A stretch of DNA of 63,910 bases, counting the filler, from Lama guanicoe (Eukaryota): assembly GCA_013239625.1 (NCBI GenBank). It is 80 parts of 78 records of this genome, joined end to end, with 100 filler letters (N's around TTAATTAATTAA, not from the genome) between each part and the next. Parts side by side here need not be neighbours in the genome. Positions count along the whole stretch, not along the records: positions 12,097 to 12,885 come from PNXV01018361.1; positions 12,986 to 13,796 come from PNXV01018363.1; positions 13,897 to 14,729 come from PNXV01018366.1; positions 14,830 to 15,282 come from PNXV01018367.1; positions 15,383 to 16,000 come from PNXV01018368.1; positions 16,101 to 16,500 come from PNXV01018369.1; positions 16,601 to 17,180 come from PNXV01018370.1; positions 17,281 to 17,781 come from PNXV01018373.1; 72 more parts are not named here. One strand, 5' to 3'. The translations under genes were made by a program, and so were the position numbers. This document shows positions 12,403-24,760 of the stretch, one piece after another. The notes beneath the pieces were generated by a model. The model saw only the letters and a list, made by a program, of their open reading frames with translations, was not told the origin of the DNA and did no database searches. How positions within the stretch are numbered: position 1 is the first letter of the stretch; each line of letters opens with the position of its first letter.

Positions 12403-13896
12403 AGTATCTTGCGGTGACTTAATACTACTTGGACAATGTAGATAGAGGCTTACAGGCAGTTGTAACCCCAGATGCCTGCTGGATATGCCACTCTCTTAGG
12501 AGGGCGTGGCTTCATGGGTTTACACTCTGCTAAGAAATAGTCACAGAGTCGATCCATTCTTGCTCAGGGGTTGTTCAAGCCATGAGCCAAATACCCAAAT
12601 ACTGCCCCGCGCTCGGGAGAAGCAGCCTTGCTTTCTGAGTAATGTATTCACCCTGCAGCCCACACCATGCCTGTCTTGGCAAGGAAGTGCCTGGCAGGAC
12701 TAGCACAAAGTCAAATGCTAGAGGACAGACGGTGATAACATGCGGGCGCCCCGGGGGGCTGGGGTGAGGGGGCCACCTCCTTCATATGAGATGGTACTTC
12801 CCAAGGAACTTTTTCTTTCCTTTTCTTTTCTTTTTCTTTCTTTCTTTTTTTTTTTTTGGTAACAAAGACCTCTTCACACTGGCGANNNNNNNNNNNNNNN
12901 NNNNNNNNNNNNNNNNNNNNNNNNNNNNNTTAATTAATTAANNNNNNNNNNNNNNNNNNNNNNNNNNNNNNNNNNNNNNNNNNNNCAGATGGGGCTAAGA
13001 CTGCTGTTGGGGGCTGAAATGGGCCAGAAAAAGTTGATGTCAGGCCCTGAGCTACCTTGAAGTCTGTTAAGAACTCCTGAGAAGCCCAAGCAGGGTTAGA
13101 AGATGATGAAGGAGAAAGGGAGGGCCATTCCAGGACACAGAGGAAAAGGCACTGAGCCTCTTCAAGAATGAGGTGCACTCATGTCCAGATCAGCCCTGTC
13201 TTCAGGACCACACAGCCAGCCACAGCCTGGAGCCAACTCATGGCCATATATCAGTTGGTCACATGTCCAGAAATACAACCCCCTACTCCCCATTTCCCCA
13301 TTCCCTTAACACACTCCCCATACCACAACCAAATGACATCACCTCCCAGCCCAGCCCACTCCCTAAAGAAGGCCATGGTGGAAGTTGTTAAAACATCTCC
13401 TGCCCCCACCTTACAACCCTAAGCCAAGCCCTGCAACGCAGCACAGTTGTTCCCATTTTACAGATGAGGAGATTGTGCACCATGTCAAGACCATCTTCTA
13501 GTGCCTCCAGGCTGCAAAAAGGGCAGAGAAAGAGCTACAGGAGTCCCACAGGGTTGGGAGCCTCCTGAAGGAGGATGCCAGGAGCTGTACTGGCAGAGAC
13601 AACAGCCACCCATGCCCAGCATGCCAGGCCAGAGGAGATCCTGCCAGGGACACAGACCCAGACTTCTCAGGCTGGACCTACTGCTCTGAGTAGGAACAGC
13701 ATGGTGCAATGCTGACCTATGCTGGCAGCCTGGGATCAGGCCCTGCAATGATGGCCATGAGAACCCCAGGAGACAGGACCTGGCTGGGAGATACAGNNNN
13801 NNNNNNNNNNNNNNNNNNNNNNNNNNNNNNNNNNNNNNNNTTAATTAATTAANNNNNNNNNNNNNNNNNNNNNNNNNNNNNNNNNNNNNNNNNNNN

Positions 13897-14729
13897 TAAT
13901 GTAAAGTACAACAGAAAACTAAGACAGAGAAAATTCTTTAAAGCAAGAGAGATAATAACAGACTCCTTAGACTGACAGTGGGCTTCTCAAACGTGTGCAC
14001 ACACACACACACAGGGCAGAAAATAGTGGTATGAAACTCTGATGTACTAAAGAACATTTCTGACCTAGAATTCCAGACTAGGGGAAAAATAGCTTTCAAG
14101 AAAGAGGGTGAAATATTGATTTTAAAGCAAACAAAACTGAAAGAGTTTACTGAGAAGCAGTTTGCACTAAAGGAAATGCTAAAGGAGGTATTTCATGCAA
14201 AAGAAAAGTGATCCCAGGAGGAAGGACTGAGACACAAGAAGGAATGGAAAGGAAAGGGCATTTAATAGGTTGGTAGATATAAATGAGCACTGTCCACAAC
14301 AGTGATGTCTGTGGAGTAAAGAACAGTGATGTGAGTAAAGCAAAAGTAAAAGAATGAAAATACAAGGCAGCAGATGTGTTGTCCAGGAAAATAGTAAAAA
14401 TACTGGTTAACGGTAGAATTGGTAAATTAAGAATGCAGATTTTAATTTAGGGGAAAATAACAGACACAAACAAAGAGGGGCAGAGAAGAAAATCAAGGGG
14501 GAAAGTGGAGAGACAGATAACAAACCGAAGGAAGCAAGAAAGTAAAGGAAAGAAAAAGAAAGATAAAAGAGGATGAGGAATAGAAAGAACAAAATAAGAT
14601 GCTATTTTTAACATAATACCTTGATAACTATATCAAATGTAAGATAATTAAATGTTTTAAATGGCAAATAGTTGTAAATCGGACTTTTAAAAATTCAACT
14701 ATATCTTTACAAAGGTCACATCTAAAACA
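13897..14729 (+). mobile_element. Ancient L1 ORF1 end / inter-ORF / ORF2 start
   Basis: 'acctagaattcc', 'aaacaaaaactgaaagagtttact', 'ctaaaggaaatgctaaaggag' ORF1 C-terminal motifs, with the ORF2-start 'ataactatatcaaatgtaa' region downstream. Confidence 0.6.
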
Positions 14730-14829
14730 NNNNNNNNNNNNNNNNNNNNNNNNNNNNNNNNNNNNNNNNNNNNTTAATTAATTAANNNNNNNNNNNNNNN
14801 NNNNNNNNNNNNNNNNNNNNNNNNNNNNN

Positions 14830-15151
14830 GCAAACAAACTTACTTGCAAAACAGAAACAGACTGTCAGACATAGAGAAAAAACTTGTGGTTACTGGAGGG
14901 GGAGGTGGATGGAGATAAACTGAGACTTAGAGATTTGCAGATACTAACTCATGTATATAGATAGATAAACAACAAGTTCATGCTGTATTGTTCAAGGAAC
15001 AATAATCGATATCTTTTATAACTTACAGTGAAAAAGACTACGAAAATGAATATATGTATGTTCATGTATGACTGAAACATTGTGCTATACACCAGAAACT
15101 GACACAACATTGTAAACTGACTATACTTCAATAAAAATATATACACAAAAA
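14830..15151 (+). mobile_element. L1 3'UTR with AATAAA and A-rich tail (artiodactyl/camelid type)
   Basis: 'aaaacagaaacagact..cagacatagag', 'tgtgctatacaccagaaactgacacaacattgtaaactgactatacttcaataaaaa'. Confidence 0.85.
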
Positions 15152-16600
15152 TAAGTATTTATATATGTCTATTATAAATGTATGTGCATATGTATAAATA
15201 TAGTTTATTTGTCTTTACACAAAAGATAGCACATGTTACACACTGGTTAGCACTTTCTTATTTTCAGTTAGTCTATCTTTGANNNNNNNNNNNNNNNNNN
15301 NNNNNNNNNNNNNNNNNNNNNNNNNNTTAATTAATTAANNNNNNNNNNNNNNNNNNNNNNNNNNNNNNNNNNNNNNNNNNNNCAAGAGTGAGTGGCTGGC
15401 TGGACAAATGGTTAAAAGATAGATATGTGGGTTGGGGGATGCAGAGGGAGAGAGAGAAGGAAAGAAAGGAAGGAAGGAAGAAATAAACGTAGGTGGGTGG
15501 CTGGATGAATGGAGACGTAAGTAGGTAAAAAGATAGATATGTGGGAGGGAGGGAGAAAGGAAGAAGGAAGTTAAAAAGTTACGTGGGTGCCTGGATAGGT
15601 ACATACGTAGATTGATGGATGAATGGAAGGGTGGGTAGCTGGATGAATGGAAAGGTAAGTAGGTAAAAAGAAAGATACATAGATACATACATAGTTGGGT
15701 GGGTGGATTCAGAGGGACAGAGAGAAGGAAAGAAAGAGAAAAAAAAAACCTCACTGATCTCTAAGGAGAAATAAACCACAATTTATATAGTTAAGGACTT
15801 CAATATTCCGCTCTAAAGACAGAATCAGTAAGGAAGTAGCAGATTTGAACAATGTAGATCAAAATGAACACGAGAGACATGTACAGAACACTATCTGACA
15901 GCAGCAGAAGACACAGTCTTCTTTCGCACACATGGAACATTTTATTGAAGAGGTCGTATGTTCAACCCCTCAAAAAGACAGTAAATTCAAGAAGGCTGAA
16001 NNNNNNNNNNNNNNNNNNNNNNNNNNNNNNNNNNNNNNNNNNNNTTAATTAATTAANNNNNNNNNNNNNNNNNNNNNNNNNNNNNNNNNNNNNNNNNNNN
16101 TAATCATTGAAAATGTTTCACAATCATGTAATGGGTATTCACTTGAAAAGTGTAATCAGTATCATTTTATTTCCCCATTGTACCTGAACTAGAAACTAAA
16201 AGTCAGATTGTCTTGAAATAATGTCACAACTTTTCCACATTTGTAGATTTATTATTCAGTAAGTAGTCAGGCAGAAAAAAAATGTGAAACATTTCCCATG
16301 CCCAGTTACAAATAAATTTTTTTTAGTTTGATTAAACTGATTAATTAGTTTAATTGATTATTAATATGTTTTGTGTGTGTTTGTGTGTGTGTGTAAATTT
16401 GTATCTCAGTAACCTCTTCCTTCTTGGTAGCAGGATTTTAAAATTTAAATGTTAAACATAAGACAAATAATTGACTGAATTACAATTCAATTGGTTCCAT
16501 NNNNNNNNNNNNNNNNNNNNNNNNNNNNNNNNNNNNNNNNNNNNTTAATTAATTAANNNNNNNNNNNNNNNNNNNNNNNNNNNNNNNNNNNNNNNNNNNN

Positions 16601-17180
16601 TCTTCTATTACTATTGAACACAAGTGCTGAGAGTAGGAATCCTTGTCCTTTTCCCGAATTTACCCAGAATTCTTTCAGCTTTTCCCCTGAGTATTATAAA
16701 TTGTTATAAATGACCTTTAGTATGTTGAGAGATGTTCCCATTGTACTCACTTTCATGAGATTTCTGATGATGAATGTATGTTGAATTTTGTCAAATGTTT
16801 TTTCTGTGTGTATTGACAGTGTCTTTTGAATTTTGTCCTTCCTTTGTTAGATATGTGTCAAGCTGTTTGACTTCTGTATTTTGAACCATCCTTGTAACTC
16901 TGGAAGGAATCCAACTGATCATCGTGTATAATCCTTTCTATGTATTGCTGGATTAATTTGTTGAAGTTCTTCGAGGAATTTTTGAGTGTATATTAATCAA
17001 GGATATTGGATATTCATTTTCATTCTTTTTTGTTAGTGTTTTGACTGGTTTTGTTATCAGGGTAATGGTGGCCTCATAGAATAACTTCGGGAATTTTCCT
17101 TTCTCCATCATTTTTTAAAATAGTTGGGGGTAAAGTGGTTTTAGTGAAGGCATCCAGGCATTTTGTTCAAGGGGTGTTTT
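16601..17180 (-). mobile_element. L1 ORF2 fragment
   Basis: Antisense L1 RT-region motifs ('ttgaaccatccttg', 'aaggatattgg', 'tcagggtaatggtggcctcatagaat'). Confidence 0.85.
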
Positions 17181-17887
17181 NNNNNNNNNNNNNNNNNNNN
17201 NNNNNNNNNNNNNNNNNNNNNNNNTTAATTAATTAANNNNNNNNNNNNNNNNNNNNNNNNNNNNNNNNNNNNNNNNNNNNGAAATATTGCTCAGAATTTT
17301 CCTGAATGAAGGATTGAAATTTCCACAGGCAATATTATGAAAGAGAGTGACAAGGCACAAGGGTTTAACATTAAAGGAATAGTTGATATAATAAACTCTC
17401 ACTATGGGGAATATTTTTAATAAAAGCAAGTTGAAAATTTTATCACTAGGTCAAATGGCACAAATCCGTCTGAAGAAAAAAGATTCAAATTTTATAGAAG
17501 AAGTGGTTTGAATCAAGTAGAAATTATGATTTCTACACTATTTGTTGTAAGAACTTATACTCAGTCTTATCATAATTGCCGGTGGTAGGAAGTGGATCAT
17601 TATTTATTTATTAAAAAAACCCCACAAGGTGCTATTTGCCCCATTCTTGATGCGGCAGTCCTGTGGTTACTTAAGTTGGGAAATTTAGGAAACTTAGCTA
17701 GGTTTTCAGGACATTGATTTCAGCCACTTTTACTTTACTAAAATCTCTTCTTTTGTGTCGGCATATGGTCCATACATATATNNNNNNNNNNNNNNNNNNN
17801 NNNNNNNNNNNNNNNNNNNNNNNNNTTAATTAATTAANNNNNNNNNNNNNNNNNNNNNNNNNNNNNNNNNNNNNNNNNNNNTAGGGG

Positions 17888-18222
17888 TTTTTATTCTTGA
17901 TAAAAATTGCTTTCTTGGTGAGAGGAAATCTAATACAGCTGTGGTTTTTCTCAAAAAGAAATCATAACTTTTAAGAAATATAATATTCAAAAGAATCGGA
18001 ATATTTAAAAATGATAAAGTAAGGTTTTGGTGTAGTTTCTTTGGTTTCTGAGTTAATGTGGAGTTAGAGCCTTTGCATTACTTAATAGCACATACTTGTC
18101 AGTATTTAAAGATTTTTATTCTTGATAAAAATTGCTTTCTTGATGAGAGGAAATTTAATACAGCTGTGGTTTTTCTCAGAAAGAAATCATACCTTTTAAG
18201 AAATATAATATTCAAAAGAATC
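17888..18222 (+). repeat. 225-bp tandem duplication (about 1.5 copies visible)
   Basis: The 110-bp block starting 'tttttattcttgataaaaattgctttc' occurs at 17888 and 18113 with only 4 substitutions. Confidence 0.9.
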
Positions 18223-18322
18223 NNNNNNNNNNNNNNNNNNNNNNNNNNNNNNNNNNNNNNNNNNNNTTAATTAATTAANNNNNNNNNNNNNNNNNNNNNN
18301 NNNNNNNNNNNNNNNNNNNNNN

Positions 18323-18807
18323 ATCATATGTATATGCCACATTTTCCTTATCTGTGCATCCATCCATAGACACTTAGGTTGCTTCCATATCTGTTCTTGA
18401 GAATAGTGCTTCATGAACATGGAAGCTAGATCCCGGTTTCAGAAGTGGGATTTCTAGAGCATATGGACTGTATGGAGGTTCTCTTATTAGTTTTTTGAGA
18501 AATCTCTCTCCCATTTTCTGTAACAGCTGTTCCAATGTACATTCCCACTAAGTGTACCAGCGCTCCCTTTTCTTCACACCCTTGCCATCACTTGTTATCT
18601 CTTGTCTTTTTTAAAAACCTTTTTAAACTGAAGTATAGTCAGGTTACAATATGTCAGTTTCTGGTGTACAGCATAATGTTTCAGTCATACATACGCATAT
18701 AGATTCCTTTTCAGATTCTTTTTCATTATAGGTTACTGCAAGATATTGAATATAGTACCCTGTGTTGTACAGTATAAACTTGTTGTTTATCTATTCTATG
18801 TATAGTA
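18323..18807 (-). mobile_element. Two adjacent antisense L1 3' fragments
   Basis: 'gacacttaggttgcttccatatct' (older L1) followed by the 3' terminus 'tgaagtatagtcag...tggtgtacagcataatg' of the L1 type seen at 14830. Confidence 0.8.
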
Positions 18808-19012
18808 NNNNNNNNNNNNNNNNNNNNNNNNNNNNNNNNNNNNNNNNNNNNTTAATTAATTAANNNNNNNNNNNNNNNNNNNNNNNNNNNNNNNNNNNNN
18901 NNNNNNNTTTTCTAAGGCTCAGTAATATTTCACTGTATGTATATACCACATTTTGTGTACGCATTCATCTGTGGATGGTCAGAAACAGAGTCCTCAAACT
19001 CAATGATTTCAG

Positions 19013-19157
19013 GGGGAGGGTGTAGCTCAAGTGGTAGAGTGCATGCTTAGCATGCACAAGGTCCTGGGTTCAATCCCCAGTACCTCCCCCCCAAATAAAT
19101 AAACCTAATTACCTTCCTCCTTGCCAAAATAAAATAAATAATACAAATTTTTAAAAA
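19013..19157 (+). mobile_element. tRNA-Ala-derived SINE (camelid Vic-1-like)
   Basis: GGGGAGGGTGTAGCTCAAGTGGTAGAGTGCATGCTTAGCATGCACAAGGTCCTGGGTTCAATCCCCAGTACCTCC, followed by 'aaataaataaacctaattacc' and an A-rich tail. Confidence 0.88.
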
Positions 19158-20106
19158 CTGAACTATTATCCTATCTTTACATTTGCTGGTTCTGTCTTCT
19201 GTCTGCTGAAATCTGCTTTTGAATCCCTCTGGTCAAATTTTCATTCAGGTATACTCATCAACCCCAGCAATGCTTTTTGTTTCTTTTAATATTTTCTCTC
19301 TTTATTGATAGCTCCACTGTGTTCATACATCATTTTCTTGATTTTGCCCATGTCTTCTTTTAGCTCTTTGAACACCTTTAAGACCATTGTTGTAAAGTCT
19401 TTTTCTATTGAGTCCACCATCTTGNNNNNNNNNNNNNNNNNNNNNNNNNNNNNNNNNNNNNNNNNNNNTTAATTAATTAANNNNNNNNNNNNNNNNNNNN
19501 NNNNNNNNNNNNNNNNNNNNNNNNTCAAAGAATAAAATTGCTTCCTTGTTTAAGGATGAAGAACAGAATAAGCCATCTTTGGCATTGAACTTCCTGGGAA
19601 ACAAATCATGTGGTCGACATTCACTTGTTAAGTCAATGTTTCCTGAGTTCCTACTGTGCGCTGTGCCCCGGGCCCGGGGCAGGCAGTGCATGGGGGTAAG
19701 GGTGAGGAAGCAAAGAAGAAGGAGGTTTGCAGGAGAGCCCTCCCGTTCTGGGCCTGGAGTCAGGGGCGAGGGGTGCCTTTGATGGGGGAAGACAACAGTT
19801 AAAGCAACGCTGGGGGCAGCCTTGATGAAGGAAAATAAAAGTCACAGAGGGAACATTGGCCCTGTGACTGGGGGTGGGATGCGGGATGCCAGGCTGGGGC
19901 GCTAGGCTGATTGGCTGCATATGAGCAGCGAGGTTTCCGCCTGTAGGTCATGGCACGACGTCCTTGGTCCCTTTCATCTGCATTTCTTGGTCCCTGCCCA
20001 TCTGCANNNNNNNNNNNNNNNNNNNNNNNNNNNNNNNNNNNNNNNNNNNNTTAATTAATTAANNNNNNNNNNNNNNNNNNNNNNNNNNNNNNNNNNNNNN
20101 NNNNNN

Positions 20107-20493
20107 CCATAATAATCCAAAAACCACAAGTTCTGGAGATCATCCAGTTGCTAAATGCTTGGCGGGACTGGGAGGGTGGTATGGCTAGAGAAATCTTCCC
20201 TCTTCTGTTGCTCTGTGCCTTTCTTCCCAATCTGGATGTTCCTGAATTATATTCTTTATGACAAACTGTTAATCTAGCAAACGAACCACTTTCTTGTGTT
20301 CTGTAAACTTTTCTAGCAAGTGATTAAACACAAGGAGGGAATCGTGCGGACCTTCTATTTACAGATAACATTCTGGACATTGGTGTCTAAAGCAGGGAAA
20401 GTGTTGTGAACTGAGACCTTAATCATGGGATCTAACACTAACTCCATGTAAATAGTTTCAGAAATGAGTAAAATTGGAGGACATCCAGTCCAG
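20107..20493 (+). mobile_element. MER21-like LTR fragment
   Basis: Collinear with remembered MER21 motifs: 'ctgggagggtgg', 'ggatgttcctgaattatattctttat', 'ttctagcaagtgattaaacacaaggaggg', 'gtgaactgagaccttaa', 'ggaggacatccag'. Confidence 0.65.
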
Positions 20494-20593
20494 NNNNNNN
20501 NNNNNNNNNNNNNNNNNNNNNNNNNNNNNNNNNNNNNTTAATTAATTAANNNNNNNNNNNNNNNNNNNNNNNNNNNNNNNNNNNNNNNNNNNN

Positions 20594-20811
20594 CAGGAAG
20601 GCCCATTTGAAGAAAATGAAGCTCCAGACACAGGAGGGGCAGCTGTGGTGTCCAGTGGTGGCCAGCACCAGGAAGGTGCAGAAGGTGGCGATGGAGATGG
20701 CCGAGAAGAGGACTCCCAGGAAGAAGACGCCTGTGGTCCCCTGAGACAGGTCCTCCAGTAATCCTGCATGGACACTCATGTGTGTCACCAGAGCCCACAG
20801 GGCCAGCACGT
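20594..20811 (-). pseudogene. SLC48A1: SLC48A1 (HRG1 heme transporter) pseudogene fragment, probably processed
   Basis: Minus-strand pieces in two frames, VLALWALVTHM / MQDYWRTCLRG / [46 protein letters not shown], match mammalian HRG1 ([79 protein letters not shown]). There are two frameshifts and an in-frame deletion; the scaffold end cuts the 3' part. Confidence 0.9.
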
Positions 20812-21455
20812 CTGGGCACTCTTCTAAGTCCCTCTCCATTGCTGATAAGCCATGGCCAAGGGAGACTTTCAGGGATGCTGAGGGAAGCTGCAGCACCTCA
20901 AGCAAACCTTCTAACACTATCCACAAGGATGGAAAATGGAAACTTAAAAATGACTCTTGAAGAAACTGACTGATGATAACATTGAGAAGGGGTACTTTTA
21001 AACACGTGTCTGAAGGTGAAACTGAGGTTCCAAGATATAAGCCACAGTGAGTTTCATATTAAGGCTGCTTACAGATGTAGGGCTGTCTGGCTCCAAAACT
21101 TGATCTCCTCTGACTACACCACACTGCCTCCCAAATCAATTAGCACAGCCACCCGCTGGCTAATGAACAGCTTCGTCATTACAGCCTGATGGGCTTAGCT
21201 TGAGTTCTTGGCAGGTAGCAGGACGAGAAGTCTCCTGATTGTAGGAAACCTCCTGAAGTTCTGCTTGGTGGGAAACTGCATGTGTGTGCACATGTGTCTG
21301 CCTACTTACCTGAGGATGAGTTTAAGGGCTCGCATGAGAACTTCAGGGTGTTTCANNNNNNNNNNNNNNNNNNNNNNNNNNNNNNNNNNNNNNNNNNNNT
21401 TAATTAATTAANNNNNNNNNNNNNNNNNNNNNNNNNNNNNNNNNNNNNNNNNNNN

Positions 21456-21700
21456 ATATATTGCTGGATTTGATTTCATAGCATTTGATTGAGAATTTTT
21501 CCATGTAAGTATTAGGGATAAAGGTCTGTGATTTTTTTTTTTAATGTCTTTGTCTGGTTTTGTTTATAGGGTAACACTGAACTCATTGATCAAGTTGGGC
21601 ATTGTTTATTATTTTATTTTCTGGAATACTCAGCATACAGTTGGTAACATTAATTCCTTAAATGTTTGGTAGATTTGCCAGTTAAGTCATCTGAAAAATG
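21456..21700 (-). mobile_element. Old L1 ORF2 fragment
   Basis: 'atattgctggatttgattt', 'ctttgtctggttttg', 'ttccttaaatgtttggtagatttgccagttaagtcatctg'. Confidence 0.7.
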
Positions 21701-22129
21701 GGAATTAAAAAAAAAAAGCAAATCTTACTTGCTATATAGCTCAAATAAACATAACTTCAGAATTGAAAATTCTCATCATGACTGTCTTGATCTAGGTTTT
21801 TTGGCCAATCCTGAAATCACTGCTATGAGCTTGTGGATACACTCACTGGCTTAGGTGCAGGAAACATCTTTCTCCCTGTAATTGAGCCAGTCTCACTTAA
21901 AAGACTGAGACTGGGAAAAGAAATTTCCTTTGATGGGAAATAGGGCATACTTCCCTGAGGATGGGTGAGTGGATGCTGAATGGTACAAAGTTTCCATAAA
22001 TTACCAACTACTTTTCTGCCAGAGCTGCANNNNNNNNNNNNNNNNNNNNNNNNNNNNNNNNNNNNNNNNNNNNTTAATTAATTAANNNNNNNNNNNNNNN
22101 NNNNNNNNNNNNNNNNNNNNNNNNNNNNN

Positions 22130-22914
22130 ATTCTAAATTCTGTGTTCTGTATTCTATGTTCTAAATTCTGGGTTCTATTTTTTGTAATCTATATTCAATA
22201 TTTTGTGTTGTTATTCTATATTCTAAATTCTATATTCTGCATTCCGTAATCTATATTCTACATTCTGTGTTCTACATTCTATATTCTAAATTCTATATTC
22301 AGTATTCTGTATTCTATATTCTAAATTCTGTGTTCTGCATTCCATGTTTAAATCCTGTGTTCTATATTCTCAGATCTATATACAAATTTTGGGTTTTTTG
22401 TTCTATATTCTACATTCTATATTCTGCATTTCGTATTCTAAATTCTGTATTCTGCGTTCTACATTCTAAATTCTAAATTCTATATTCAGTATTTTGTATT
22501 CTTTATTCTAAATTCTGTGTTCTGCATTCCATGTTCTAAATTCTCGGTTCTATATTTCCTATTCTTTATTCTCTATTCTATATTCTGTTCTCTACATTCT
22601 ATATTCTAAATTCTATATTNNNNNNNNNNNNNNNNNNNNNNNNNNNNNNNNNNNNNNNNNNNNNNNNNNNNNNNNNNNNNNNNNNNNNNNNNNNNNNNNN
22701 NNNNNNNNNNNNNNNNNNNNNNNNNNNNNNNNNNNNNNNNNNNNNNNNCTATATTCTAAATTTTGTGTTCTGTATTCCATATTCTAAATACTGTGTTCTG
22801 TTCTTTGTTTTCCATATTCTATTTTCTGTGTTCTACATTCTATATTGTGTATTCTATATTATGCTTTCCTTATTTTATATTCTATATTCTGTGTTCTACA
22901 TTCTATATTCTAAT
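22130..22914 (+). repeat. Heptamer-based satellite
   Basis: Same RTTCTRH units; the landmark ATG recurs at 22156, 22344 and 22531. Confidence 0.95.
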
Positions 22915-23014
22915 NNNNNNNNNNNNNNNNNNNNNNNNNNNNNNNNNNNNNNNNNNNNTTAATTAATTAANNNNNNNNNNNNNNNNNNNNNNNNNNNNNN
23001 NNNNNNNNNNNNNN

Positions 23015-23801
23015 CAATTAAAAACCTCCCTACAAATAAAAGTCCAGGACCTGACGGCTTCACCTGGGAATTCTACCAAAGATACACAGAAGAACTCATA
23101 CCAGTCCTTCTCAAACTCTTCCAGACGATTGAAAAGGAGGGAATACTCCCAAACTCATTCTATGAAGCCACCATCACCCTGATACCAAAACCAGGCAAAG
23201 ACACTACAAAAAAAGAGTATTATAGGCCAATATCACTGATGAACATAGACGCCAAAATCCTCACCAAAATTTTAGCAAATAGAATCCAACAACACACAAA
23301 AAAGATTATACATCATGACCAAGNNNNNNNNNNNNNNNNNNNNNNNNNNNNNNNNNNNNNNNNNNNNNNNNNNNNNNNNNNNNNNNNNNNNNNNNNNNNN
23401 NNNNNNNNNNNNNNNNNNNNNNNNNNNNNNNNNNNNNNNNNNNNNNNNNNNNNNNNNNNNNNNNNNNNNNNNNNNNNNNNNNNNNNNNNNNNNNNNNNNN
23501 NNNNNNNNNNNNNNNNNNNNNNNNNNNNNNNNNNNNNNNNNNNNNNNNNNNNNNNNNNNNNNNNNNNNNNNNGGTGAAAAACTCAAAAGCTTCCCACTAA
23601 AATCTGGGACAAGATAAGGATGCCCACTATCACCACTCCTAATCAACATAGTCCTGGAAGTCCTAGCCACAGCAGTCAGACAAGAGAAAGAAATAAAAGG
23701 GATCCAAATTGGAAAAGAAGAGGTGAATGTGTCACTGTAAGTGAACGACATTTTTCTATATATAGAAAACCCTAAAAGGTCCACACAAAAGCTACTAGAG
23801 C
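23015..23801 (+). mobile_element. Young L1 ORF2 reverse transcriptase fragment, inactivated
   Basis: Translates to [14 protein letters not shown]...[14 protein letters not shown]...[25 protein letters not shown]; after the gap it reads GTR*GCPLSP and SL*VND, with stops at the QG and F/YADD motifs. Confidence 0.95.
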
Positions 23802-24760
23802 NNNNNNNNNNNNNNNNNNNNNNNNNNNNNNNNNNNNNNNNNNNNTTAATTAATTAANNNNNNNNNNNNNNNNNNNNNNNNNNNNNNNNNNNNNNNNNNN
23901 NCCTGTGTTTCCTGCTTTGGCCTAGGGGACTCCCCCGCTCACTCTCTGTTTGAGGGGTGCCATTTCATTCATTCACGCCCTCATTAACCATGTACATGGG
24001 TCCTGCTCAGTGTCAGGCCTCAGCTAGATGACAGCTCATCCTTGGGGACACAGCTCAGATCTCACCTCCTCCATGAAGCAGTTCTGGATTCCCACCCCCC
24101 CCGAAGCTCCCCTGGCCTCAATTTGGACCACTAGGGCTGTGACCACACTCTGATTACATCCCAAGTCTGTGANNNNNNNNNNNNNNNNNNNNNNNNNNNN
24201 NNNNNNNNNNNNNNNNNNNNNNNNNNNNNNNNNNNNNNNNNNNNNNNNNNNNNNNNNNNNNNNNNNNNNNNNNNNNNNNNNNNNNNNNNNNNNNNNNNNN
24301 NNNNNNNNNNNNNNNNNNNNNNNNNNNNNNNNNNNNNNNNNNNNNNNNNNNNNNNNNNNNNNNNNNNNNNNNNNNNNNNNNNNNNNNNTAGCCTTGGCCC
24401 CACGGCCTGTGTCCTTTATGACTAGCTCCATGCTGCCAGCAGGGATGTAGGCCTGGAATGGACATTGAAAGCAGCCTGACCCCCAGGCCCCCTTCATACA
24501 CAATGTCAGTCTCAGGAAACACCCCTCAAGACCTACCTTATACCCCTGGGATTGGGACCTGAATACTGTTCCTGGAAGCTGGCTGGGCTTCCCTGTGAAT
24601 TGCCCCAGGACATGCTTGGGACAGCCACAGGGCCCCTGAGGCTTCCTGTCCCCAGCTGAGNNNNNNNNNNNNNNNNNNNNNNNNNNNNNNNNNNNNNNNN
24701 NNNNTTAATTAATTAANNNNNNNNNNNNNNNNNNNNNNNNNNNNNNNNNNNNNNNNNNNN

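Noticed and set aside
19013..19090. tRNA-Ala(AGC) gene
   Set aside because: The extra 5' leader, insertion in the D arm, A-rich tail and second diverged copy indicate a SINE.
20594..20761. Plus-strand acidic ORF (QEGPFEENEAPDT...)
   Set aside because: It is the antisense shadow of the SLC48A1 pseudogene.
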